Shown one piece after another: positions 52,524 to 64,000 of a DNA stretch of 64,000 nucleotides. The stretch covers positions 197,966,001-198,030,000 of the forward strand of contig OZ024741.1 in the NCBI GenBank assembly GCA_964016885.1, written 5' to 3'. The stretch comes from Eledone cirrhosa (taxonomy: Eukaryota). Below the pieces are notes generated by a model that saw nothing but the letters and a program-made list of their open reading frames with translations, was not told the DNA's origin and ran no database searches. Every line of letters starts with the position of its first letter. The stretch's first letter is position 1. The position numbers and the translations under genes are program-made.

Positions 52524-55500
52524 TGTTTTCTTTATTAACCAGAAGGGTTTACATAAAGTAGACATTAAGGACAGTACAGGACAATAAAGGGCGGTACAAA
52601 TGGGCATTTCTGCGTGTAAAAAAACAGAGGATGTAATAAAATAACAAAGAAAAATTCCCCAATAGGGGGGAGACTTCCGAGGGACATTTGTGGAGAAAGC
52701 CCATTAAAAGACCACAGTGACCCTGACCACCAGGGCAAGTGCCCTCTCCCAGTTTTCCACCTTTAATTTACAGACACATACTCAGAGAAGGCCCATTCAT
52801 TCGGGCCATACTTGCTTCTCTCACCCATCTTTCAACAAAATGCTGGGAAGAGAGCACTTCCCTCTCTACCCTGATATTCCTTTTCAAATGAAATTTGAAA
52901 CAGTTAATCAGGGCATCACCGAAGAGGTAAGTGCTCGTCTTCAGCCCTTTCAAAGGTGTCCACCATACTATCTCTTTCGCCATGGCCACCAGACAGATAA
53001 AAACTGCCTTCCCTTCCCGGTTAAAGGAAGAGGGCGGGGCAATCCTCACGATGGACTCAGCTGATAGCTGGATCCGTCCTACACGTGACAGCAGGTGTTC
53101 GACATGAACCCACAAGTCAGCAATGCTCGGACACTGGACGAGTGCGTGCAGGACGGTTTCGTCGCCCTGTGCGCATCTCGGACATGCCCGGCTGACGGCA
53201 CCTCCATGCCTGTAGAGTTTATCCCGAACTGGCAAAGCTCCCCGATAGCACTGCCAGGCCAGGGATTTCTGGAAGTTGTGCATAGGCCCCGGCCCGAAAG
53301 TCCTTCCGAAGAGATTGGCTGGTTGATTTTCGTCGACGCCTAGAGTTTCTCCAAGTACGTCGTCGCTCTTCCCCTCCACTAATCCCCTATAGAACGCCAA
53401 GGTGGAGTTTCCACCGATCACATTGCCCGATTGGTCGAGGGCTGTGAGCGCCTGAAGACATTCCAGTCTCCAAGCGCTCCCTCTCGGTCTTCGCTTGACC
53501 CAGGACTGCAGCTCCGTCAAGGAGACGAGCTGGGGAAAAACGTGTCTAGCAAACGGCGACCACACCTGATCACCGTCGAGGAAGAGGTGGAGATGTCGTA
53601 GCCTGAGCGCGTGTCTGCACATCATCAGCCGCGGCATGCCCAGCCCTCCACGTAGTGGGTGTTGACAGCAGATGGACCTCCTGACTATCGGAGCGCGTCC
53701 CTTCCACAAGAAGCGAAGGAGCAAACGCTCCAACGCAGTCAGGCGGGGCTTAGGACAAGGTACGACGGTCAGGCGGTAGCCACCTCCGCTCGACCTTTCA
53801 GGGATAGCTTCCTCTCGGCCCATTTCTGGGTGAGAGAAGCCACCCTGCTCGTCACCTCGTCCCAGTTTTTGTCCGTCTGGAGGTCTGGACCGAACCAGAC
53901 CCCTAGCAATTTAACCGGTCCGTCCGTCCAGCGCCCGACGACGCTGTTGGACGGCATAGACCTGCCTCTCCAGGTGCCGAGCTACAGGCCCACTGACTTT
54001 TCCTGGTTGATCATTGCTCCTGTCACCGCTTCGTATTCTCTTAGTGTTGTGCCGATCGCCTCGAAGTGTTTGGCGTTCGACACCACTACGGTGACATCAT
54101 CCGCATATGCTGACACGGATCTTCCGCATCCTAGTTCGCGCGGGACCCCCCTCAACGTCTCCAGTTTGTGCAGTAATGGCTCGAGAGTCAATACGTACAA
54201 TAGGGACGAGAGGGGACATCCTTGGCGGACCGAGCGCATGATGTTGAACGGTTCCGAAAGGTGACCGTTCACTCTCACTACAGAGCAGATGTCGCTGTGC
54301 ATGGCAGCGATCCAGCCTCTGAAGACGGGCCCAAAGCCAGCCGCCCTCAGGACTGCCGCTAGGTAACGATGGTCGACCCTATCGAAGGCTTTCGACTGAT
54401 CTAAATTGATCAAAGACCCACCCGTGCCAGGTTCCCTAGCTACCCTCTCTACGATGTATCGCATGAGGTGGAGGTTGTCGTGGATGGATCTGTCGGGAAT
54501 GGCGCATGTCTGCGCCTCTCCCACCAGACCACCAACGACAAGCGCCAACCTCTTTGCTAGCACCTTGGCCAAAATCTTGAACTCTGTGTTTAGCAGAGTT
54601 ATGGGCCTAAAATTATCTATGTTATCCCCCTTGTTCGGATCCTTTCTCAGCAGCGCCACCGCTCCTCGGCTCACAGAGCTTGCAATTCTCCCGTTCTGTT
54701 GCCAGTTGCAGTAGACGTCCGCCAAGAGGCCTCCGAACAAGTCTGGCATTTGTACGTAAAGTTCATAGGGCAGACCATCCAAACCAGGCGATTTACCCCT
54801 TGTGCAGCCAGTCATTGCCTCCCGTACTTCAGCGGCTGTTATCGGCTTTTGGCAACACTCCGCCTCAGTGGCCGAGAGCCTCGGCAGTCCGTCGAGGTAG
54901 ACACTAAAGTCCATCACACGATCCGGCCCGCCGCTGCCCCCGAACAGCTGAGTGAAGTGTCGCTGAGAAGCTTCACACATTTGCCCGGGATCGAGTAGCA
55001 TGAGCCCGTCGTGGTCCACCAAAGACCGGATCGTGGCTTTCTTGCCACAACGCGCCTCCGCCACTCGGGCCCATTGAACTGCTTTCGTCCTCTCGTGTCT
55101 GAGAGCACGCACCCTAGCTCTGACAACGCAGCCTTCGTGCTTTGCATTGAAGAATTGGTCAAGGGCCAATTTCGCTGCAAGTACGTCGGTCGCGATGCCT
55201 TTGCAAAACGCCTCGTCTAATGTTCTAACTAATTCTCCCTCTGCTCTATTTTTCTCTATTGCTAAAGCCTTACTAAACCTAATGGACTCTATTCTAATTG
55301 CTCTTTTCAGAGCAAACCACCATTTGTTGTTGACGATAGCCCCCGTCAACGCCCGCTTAACTAGTTCGCTAATCCGGTCTCTGTAGGCCTTGCGCGCTGG
55401 TAAGGACGCGTTTAGGTTCCAGTAGCCGGGTCCTCGTCTATGAAGCCTATCTAAGTCAAGCACACAGATCACGAATTTGTGGTCCGTGTAGCTGACTATC

Positions 55501-58319
55501 TTGAATTGTGGAAAGCCTATGCTAGACCTATCTATTTCCCTACAAATTACTCTATCTAGATATGATCTGGATGACCCTATGCGATTTGTCCAAGTCCACA
55601 TTGGTACATTCGGGAAATCGAATCGGTACCTGTCAGACAGTTCAAAACGCCTGAGCAGGTTGGTGAGACTCTTGCACCCCCCCCCCTATCCACTAATCCC
55701 ACACAGTCCCAGCGTGCATCTAAGATCCCGTTCCAGTCTCCCACTAACACTAAAGAGCGGGACGTTCCAAGAAAGGTCTCCAGACGCCGGAAGAAATCAG
55801 GCCGCCCTGCTCCTGTCGGGGCATAGGCAGCCACTAACCTGAAAGCTTGCCCGTCTCTGTTGGTCACGTCCAGCACCACCAACTTACCTTCTGGGTCCAG
55901 GAAGATGGCCCGTATGGCAAGATCCAAACCTCTCCGAAAAAGCACAGCAACTCCACCCCCGATCCCGGACGGCTGGGAGATGCGTACACATCGTAGCCGC
56001 CGAAGATCGGTGCGAAGGTGCGTTCTTCGGAGATTCTGGTCTCGCTGATGGCCACTACATCTATGTTTAGTGACCTGAGGTCGTTGAGCAGGTGGCCCTG
56101 CTTCCATGACGACCCCAAGCCACGCGCATTTATGCTGCCATTCTGAGTGAGGTCATGTTGAAATGGAGTGGAAAAGATGGAAAAGAACACTTACCTTACT
56201 TCTCGTAGAGGAAGGACCATTTCTCCATCCTTTTCACTGCTTGTGGCCTCCTCAGGAAGGATGTCCATATAAATACTTCTGGAGAGTGCTTGTCGGAAGT
56301 CTCCGATGTCTTTGGGGAATTTTTGTTTTAGTGTCATGTACGTTTTCTGTGTGATGCGAGTGATTTGTATGTGTGGAGGTGGTGTGAACTTTTGGGTTGT
56401 TGTGTAGTCTTTTGTCTTGGATGTAGTGCAATAATTGGTTATTGTTCAAATTTAATGCTGTGTAGTGTGTATCGTTTTGGTTGTTTTGTTTGCGTTTGTT
56501 GTGGGTTTGTTTCTGTTTCCCTTTTTGGTGACTTTTGTGGTGTAGGTGATGGTGGTGTTGGGGTTAATGATGGTGATGGTGTTGGTGTTTGGGGTGATGG
56601 GGTTGGTGATGCTGGTGTGGATGATTGCATATCTGTCCTAACTTTTTTGTTTGATAGTTTATTTGTTTCCCTCTGTATTTTGTTTTTGGAGGGGGGAGGA
56701 AGAGAATTTTTTCTTTTTTGGTTTCTTTTTTTCTTTTTTCCTGATACCGTTTCCCACTCGTCGTCACAATCTGTCTCCAGTTGTGATAGGCCGGGGAGTG
56801 TAAAATCCTCCACAGGCGTTAGTTTTGGTTGTGGCGTGGTGGATGGTGTAGGCGCTGGTGCTAGTTCTGGCGCGTTGGGTGGTGGGGGAGTTGGTTTTGC
56901 TACCGTTGCTGGGGTTGTTGCTGTTACAGTCGCTTCTGTTGTTGCTGCTACAGTTGTTGCTGTCATCTCTGCTGCTGGTGGTGTTGCTGGTTGAGTCACT
57001 GGGGTGGGTAGGAGAGGTGGCCTCAACCTTTTAGCCTGAGGGCAGAAAGCCCTTAGGTGGGTTCCTTCACCACAAACGACACACCTAGGCCTTCTGCCCT
57101 CGACAATTACGGTGAGGTGGCTGCCGTCAGTGAGGTCTATTACCTCTGGGATCTTTTCAATGCTTTTTTTGGTCCGCTTGGATCAGGATCTCGATCCCAG
57201 ATCCGGACCACTTCTCCTGCTTTTCTTTCGCTATTTCGATTCTCTTGGTGTTGGCTTCGATACCGGCGAGGACGGCAGCTATTAGCCAGGGAATTTCGAT
57301 GGCCGATAGAATGTGATCTTTACGTGTCTCTGGCCACAATAGCTTGGGACGAGTGTGAAGTCGTCACTTCTTAATGGGGCCATGGAGTGTTCTCTGGCCT
57401 CCTATGGTGTTTCAAAGAACACGCCTACGGTTCCATACTTCTGCCCACGTCTGATGTGGGTTTTTTTTTACCCACACATGTCCCAAAGCTTTTTGGATTT
57501 GGGACTCGGATGCCCGTTCCACTCGGCGCGATTTTTATTTATTGTTCGCTAAGACACGGTGCATAGGCGCCGATGCTCCATTTTATTAGGTGGGGGGTGA
57601 GGCTGACCCTGTACCCATCTTTCTTTACCATTTCTTTGGCTTCTTCTAATTCCTCCTGAGTTATCTGAAATGCTTCGCACTGTTTTGCTACTCTGGCAAA
57701 ACTCAGGGTGGTTTTCTTAATGTCATTGTTGCTGTTGTTGTTATCGTTATTTTTGTTATTATTAATTTTAGTTTCAGTTGTGGTGGTGGTGACGTCAGTG
57801 GTGTTCGGTGTGGAAGAGTTCATTTTGGTTGAATTCATTTCGATATCACGAGTTAATTTATTTTTTTATTTTGTTTCTGTTGTCGCGGTGGTGGTGGGGG
57901 TGGTGGTTGTCGCGGTGGTGGTTGTGGTGGCGGCTTTAACACCTGCAGTCATTGGTAATGGCGGGAAATGAATGTCTACCTGAGACGAATTTAAAATATT
58001 GCTACTGCTTATATTTTTAGTGTTGGCAAACGTAGTAATATTTACAATGGTGGTGTCGGTGTGAGGTGTTAGTTTATGAGGAAGGAGTGACCCTGAGTCG
58101 TCCATGACTTTTCAAAGAAAAATTTTTGTTTGATAATTATGAAAGTTTAAATTTTGGGCTCAAGGCCCCAATCTTTTTGGGTGTCCTTTTCAGATAACAA
58201 TGTATGTGCACTTATATACAATTAACAATAAAAATTTTCCATGAATGGCAATTTTAAAGAACTGAAAATAACAAACCTTTGCGGAACTCACGATGATACG
58301 ATTTACTACGTAGGTCGCC
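52510..58319 (-). mobile_element. Full-length Tx1-like LINE copy G; ORF2 (56156-52768) with frameshifts; ORF1 decayed
   Basis: APE, RT (SAYADDVT) and C-terminal Cys motif; same 5' end as copy F. Confidence 0.93.
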
Positions 58320-58339
58320 AATAATAATAATATTAATAA

Positions 58340-59352
58340 TAATAATAATAATAATACTTTCTTTGTTAACCACAAGGGTTGACACAAAGTATAACTTTAA
58401 GGACAACACAGGACAATACTGGATGGTACAAATGGGCATTTCTTATGTCAAAAAAAAAGAAAACAGAGGATGTGACAAAAAAAGGAACAATGAAAAATTC
58501 CCCAATAGGAGGGAGACTTCCGAGGGTCGCTCGTGGAGAAAGCCCACAAAAAAACACGGTTACCCTGACCGCTAGGGCAAGTGCCCTCTTCCAGTTTTCC
58601 TCCCACGATGGTACAGGCATACGCTCAGGGCAGGCCCATTCACACGGGCCATTCTTGCTTCTCTCACCCACCTTTCAACAAACTGGCTGGAAGGCAGCAC
58701 TTCCCTCTCCACCCTGATTTTCCATTTCAGGTGAAACCTGAAAAAGTTAATGAGGGCGTCACCGAAGAGGAAAGTACCCGTCTTCAACCCTTTCAAACGC
58801 GTCTACCATACGATCTATTTTACCATGGCCATCAGGCAGATAAAAACTTCCTGCCCTTCCCGGCTAAAGGAAGGCAGCAGGGCAATCCTCCTGATGGACT
58901 CATGTGATAGCCGGATCCGTCCTACACGCGACAGCAGGTGTTCGACATAAACCCACAAGCCAGCAATGCTCGGACACTGGACGAGTGCGTGTAGGACGGT
59001 TTCGTCGCCTTGCGCGCATCTCGGATAGGCCCTGCTGACGGCACTTCCATACCTGTAGAGCTTATCCCGAACTGGCAAGGCTCCTCTGTAGCACTGCCAG
59101 GCCAGGGATTTCTGGGAGTTGTCCATGCGCCCCAGCCCGAAAGTTCTCCCGAAGAGATTGGCTAGTTAATTTTCGTCGACGCCCAGAGTCTCCCCAAGGA
59201 TGTCGTCGCTCTTTCTCTGCACTAACCCTCTATAGAACGCCAAGGTGGTATTTCCACCGATCGCATTGCCCGACTGGTCGAGCGCTGTGAGCGCCTGAAG
59301 CCATCCCATTCTCCAAGCGCTCCCTCTCGGTCTTCGCTTGACCCAGGACTGC
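58340..59352 (-). mobile_element. Tx1-like LINE 3' fragment H
   Basis: Homologous to the ORF2 C-terminus and 3' UTR; its 5' end abuts the tail of the next SINE. Confidence 0.88.
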
Positions 59353-59353
59353 C

Positions 59354-59552
59354 TAATAATAGTAATTGTTTCTACTTTTGGCACAAGGCCACCAATTATC
59401 TCAGTGTATTACTGGTACTTTATTTATCGACGCCGTAAGGATGAAAGGCAAAGTTAACCTTGGCGGGATTTGAACTCAGACCATAAAGGGCCGTAACTAT
59501 TTGCTGCAAAGTATGGCGTCCGACCCTCTACCCGATACTGCCAATCCACTGC
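59354..59552 (-). mobile_element. tRNA-SINE
   Basis: Reverse complement of the SINE consensus, with taataatagtaa tail. Confidence 0.88.
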
Positions 59553-62088
59553 ATAATAATAATAATGGTTTCATTTATTGGCCACAAGGGCCGACATATA
59601 AGGGACAATACAATAGACGGGGACAGTGGGGTTTTTACAGAAAAATCGAGTAAAAAATAGGAAAACAATAACAATAAACAAGAAAAATACAACAATGAAC
59701 ATTTCCCAATAGGGGGGGGGTGATAACCACCCAGGATCGACTCATGTACACCAACAATCCTGAATCACCTAACACTTTGAGGACACTCGGGAAGGCTGCC
59801 CCTGTCCTCCTCAAATTAACTAGTCTGCTTCGGTTCTGTCTTCAGTCTTCTGTTTTCCACGTCCCGGTTCGAGTGGGATGCCCTGCAACAGCTCCAGTGT
59901 CAATATATACAGAAGGGAGGAGAGAGGGCACCATTGACGGACCACTCGGGGGGATCTGAAACAGTTCCGAAAGGAGGCCATCAACTTTGACAACCGAGCA
60001 GATGCCGTTGTGCATTGCCACGATCCAGCCTCTGAAGACAGAACCGAAGCCAGCTGTTTTGGGGACAGCCTCCATGTAATGATAGACGATACATCGAAAG
60101 TGTTGCTCTTCAGTCCGTTCAACCTAATCTACCACACAACCTCTTTCATTACCACCACCAGACAGTTGCTGTAGACAGGTTCGAGGAGATCGGAGTACAA
60201 GTTGGTCATTTCTGCGTAAACCTTGTAGGGTAGACACACTTCAAACCGGGTGACTTGCGCATCGTGCAACCGACTAGTGCATCTTGAATATCGGCTGACG
60301 TTATCATCCTTTTGCAGCACTTAGTATCGGCTGGGGAGAGTCGCAAGAGGCCATCGAGGTAGCAACTGAAGTCCGCCACCGTCTGCTACTACCCTCCCTC
60401 GTCGAATAGTCAAGCAAAATGTTGGCAAAAGACCGCAAACATCTGCCTGGTAACGTTCAGCACGCTTACGCTTTCGTTTCGGTCCGTCAAAAACCGAATC
60501 GTGATTTTGTTACCACGCTGCACTCCTGCCACGCGGGCCTATCAAACAGCTTTGGTTCCCTAATTTCGCAGAGCACACGCCTTAGCTCTGACATCAAACC
60601 CTCGTGTTTCGCATTGAAGAAATGGTCTGATGCCATTCTCACCCCTAGCACTACCACCACACCTCTCATTCTCAGCTGATTAAGGATGTGAAGATTTGAT
60701 AGTCGTGGAGATTGGGGTTTAGTGCGCGCGTGTCGAAAATCCTGGTCTCGGACGATCCGAGGCCATGAACATTCAAGCATCCTACTCTTAAGATGGTTAT
60801 GTTGGCAGGGTAAACGAAAGAGAAAAGGTTTACTTGACTCCCCGGAGCTTGTGGAGATCACGTGGGTCGACCTGCAAGGCTGGTAGGGTTTCCTTTGAGA
60901 ACCCCTTTAAAGGGTTCTTCGCTACTGGAAGACGAGGTTTCTGTGTCGGTGTATGTGTTTGTGTTTGTGTTTGTGTTTGTATCAATGTGTGTACTTTTTC
61001 GTTGGGGAGCTTTCCTCGTTGTTCCCCTGGGTAGCCAAAGTTGGTGGTGGCGTTTCCGCTGGTATTGCCGGTACTGGTGTTGCTAGTGGTCCCCGCTCCG
61101 GCGTCGGCAGTAGTGGAGGATTTCGACGCCTTGCGTTTTTTAGCTGAGGGCAGACGGCTCGCAAGTGAGTTGTTTCTCTCCGCAGACGAAACAGTGTGGC
61201 CTTCTTCCCTCACTCATTATTTGTAGTACCGTCCCGTTTTGGAAACGGGCGGGGTCCGGGATTTTTTTGTTTACGTCTTCGGGCCTGATTTGGAGAAGTA
61301 TCTCCAAATCAAGCCCGGACTAGTCCACGCTTGTGGTTCTTGTTGTTTCTATCGGGACGGCGTCTGGCCAAATATTTCTCTTTCATGCGAAAGCACGGCC
61401 TTTCTTAGCTGCTGCAGCAGCGAAAGAGTTCTTGTTGTTGTCTGTGATGCTGTTGTTGGTGACATTGTTGTTGGGGATGTTGTTCATGTTGGTGTTGTTG
61501 TTCACGTTGTTGTTTGCATTGTTGCTGCTACTTTCACAGGTGCTCTTGTTGTTGTTGTCCCTGTTGGTGTTATTCTTGGTGCAGTTGTTATTGTTGTTTT
61601 CGTTGTTGGTGTTGGTGTTGTTGTTTTTAGTTTCTTTGTTGCTCTTGAAGCTGTTGGAGCTCTTGCTGCCGTCTCTTCACTTGTTTCGTTGTTGCTGTCG
61701 TTGTTGCAGTCGTTGTTCAGGTTGTTTGTGGTGGTGTTGCTAATTTCATTTTTGCATGTTGCGCTTGTAATTAATTTTTGTGTATCTATAATTGTGCTTG
61801 TATCCCACCTCTCAACATTTAAGTCGCTATCCTGAAACAGCAGAATTATTGTTGGGGGAGGGGGGCTCGTCCATTTGTTTGTTTGTTTGCTTGTATGTTT
61901 TTGAGGAAAAGAAATTTTTTAAAGAAATAAAGTTCAAAGGCCTAATTATGGAGCCGCTTTTACAGAGAGCAATGACAGGTGTCATATGGCTCCTTTGTCA
62001 CAAAAAAATTCAATTAATTCAATGCAAAAATTTGGAAATTAACCAACTCACTGAACTCACAAAAATACGTCTTCGCAGTCCGACAACC
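59553..62088 (-). mobile_element. Old, internally deleted Tx1-like LINE copy I
   Basis: RT remnants (AGFGSVFRGWIVAMH, VRQWCPLSSLLY), HFFNAKHEG, APE start near 60800, low-complexity ORF1, 3' end ggcccttgtggccaataaatgaaaccattatt. Confidence 0.75.
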
Positions 62089-62345
<257 letters not shown>

Positions 62346-64000
62346 AATACATACAGACAAATGGTTTCAAGTGTCATTAGAATCACATTTCTAAATATAC
62401 TTTAAAGATTAACAGAGCCCCAAGCATGTTCACAGTCACAGGAAAGTAATTAGCTTGTTGGAGACGCCTGCATTGCTACAAGTTAGCCTCCTCTGCTCAA
62501 GTAAAAATATATTCTAAGACAATAAAAGGCATCTGACCACACGTAAATTCCGGACATTTTTTGTTGACCATATTCCTAATATCGAATACATGTATGCATA
62601 AGTGTTATAGTGAGCGTGTGTTAGACTGTATGGACGCCTGTTTGTATTGTATTCATTTCTTTAAATGCGTTTACACGCAGTGATGGAGGTGCGTAAGAAT
62701 ACTTAATGTTTCAGCGGAAGGATGTGATGTCTCTACCTTTTTAGTTACAGTCAAAATTCGTGGCAGGAGAGAGCGAGAATATCTGCAAATATTTTAGAGG
62801 AGGCTAATGCCACACTGTTAGTGCAGCAGATTGCATCTCTGCACATTTTGTTCAGCTCTATATGCTGCTGTTTTCTTCAAGTCATTATGAAATTTGTTCG
62901 AAAGTTCTTCTATAGATTAATTATATTATATGCAAAAGAATTAAAAAGAAATCGCTCAAATCCAAATGAATATCGACATTGTTCTTTCACTGTAATTATA
63001 ATGCCGTTGTTTTATTTTAATAACTGTTTAACTTTTTATTATTTGTTTTCTTTATACCAGTGTATTTGTGTGTGAGAGAGACAAAAGATTAATTTATAGC
63101 AATTAATCTAGAAGTACACAATATATATACAGACAAATGTACATACATACATACATACATACATACATACATACATACATACATACATACATACATACAT
63201 ACATACATAAATGAACGATCGTTAAATGTGCATTTTTGTCCGTGAGAGAGGGAGGGAGAGAGAAAGAGAGAAATACAGACTTAAACCGTTTGTTACCAAC
63301 CCGCCTAAAACCGGCTCTGCTACTATGAAATAAAACCATCAATTTCAAAGGTTTCCAATTTAAAATCTTCCGGCATAATTTTGTATAATAACCTTTCTCT
63401 AAATTAGTATCTTAGTTATGAAATAGTCAATAATTTTAGTACATCCTTCAGAATTCTTCTTTAATTAATTGAAATAGGGTATATTTCGTTAGTAATATGC
63501 TACTGAAAGGGTTAAAACATATCCCATTCTAATAACATTTTGAGCTCTTGTTTACTTTTTTGTTTTGTTTTGTTTTGTTTTGTTTGTTTGTTTGTTTTGT
63601 TTTATTGTTTTTTTTTTTGTTTTTGTTTGTTGTTGCCTTTTTATTTCATAAAATATGCATTCAGTTAATGATCAAGGTCAGTCACCAGATATTGCTTTTG
63701 TATTCAATTTCATTTCCATTTGTATACATAAACAACTTCAACGGTGATGATATAGTAAAGGAAAGATTATGAATTCCTATAAATTCCTTCTATGTCGCAC
63801 ACTAACTACTAAGTCTCTTCTTCAAAGACGTCCACTTACTTTGGGTATTCATCAATGATTAATCACACAAGAACACCAAAAACAGCTAACGAGGGGGCCG
63901 TTACGCAGTCACGTGGCCTGCTGGAAATAAAAACCAAACCTCACAGAAATCAGATTCTACAGTGAATGTATACACTATTCTTTAATAGGATGTTCCTGGC

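Noticed and set aside
29961-61835. Numerous plus-strand ORFs over Tx1 copies and minus-strand ORFs over Dong copies
   Set aside because: Antisense shadows of LINE ORFs or of low-complexity ORF1; no independent domain signal.
62400-64000. Possible repeat remnants or regulatory sequence at the window end
   Set aside because: No diagnostic motif or internal second copy to support a call.

Overview
AT-rich, microsatellite-dense animal DNA. A cephalopod such as Octopus is likely, inferred from SINE type and repeat content but not proven. The only host coding sequence I can support is the terminal exon of a THIK/KCNK12-13-like two-pore K+ channel (+, 24454-25355), so most of 1-24453 is probably its intron. 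The rest is retroelement DNA sorted into two microsatellite niches. (1) In 1-16 kb, (TA)n arrays hold Penelope-like elements (one RT copy, one GIY-YIG 3' end), an RTE LINE and a nest of foldback inverted repeats. Many of these carry minimal type-I hammerhead ribozyme motifs from four sequence families, and one inverted pseudo-LTR starts within 1 nt of the predicted cleavage site. (2) In 29.8-62.1 kb, a ~32 kb stack of L1/Tx1-like LINEs (all minus), Dong/R4 LINEs (all plus) and tRNA-SINEs (minus) is joined mostly through (TAA)n tracts. This stack includes one intact 1130-aa Dong ORF with PD>PE in the endonuclease motif, an in-frame RT-deleted Tx1, a SINE/Tx1 shared 3' tail and a splice-donor-like motif over the Tx1 ORF1 stop. 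All alignments and folds were done by eye, and element boundaries are approximate.
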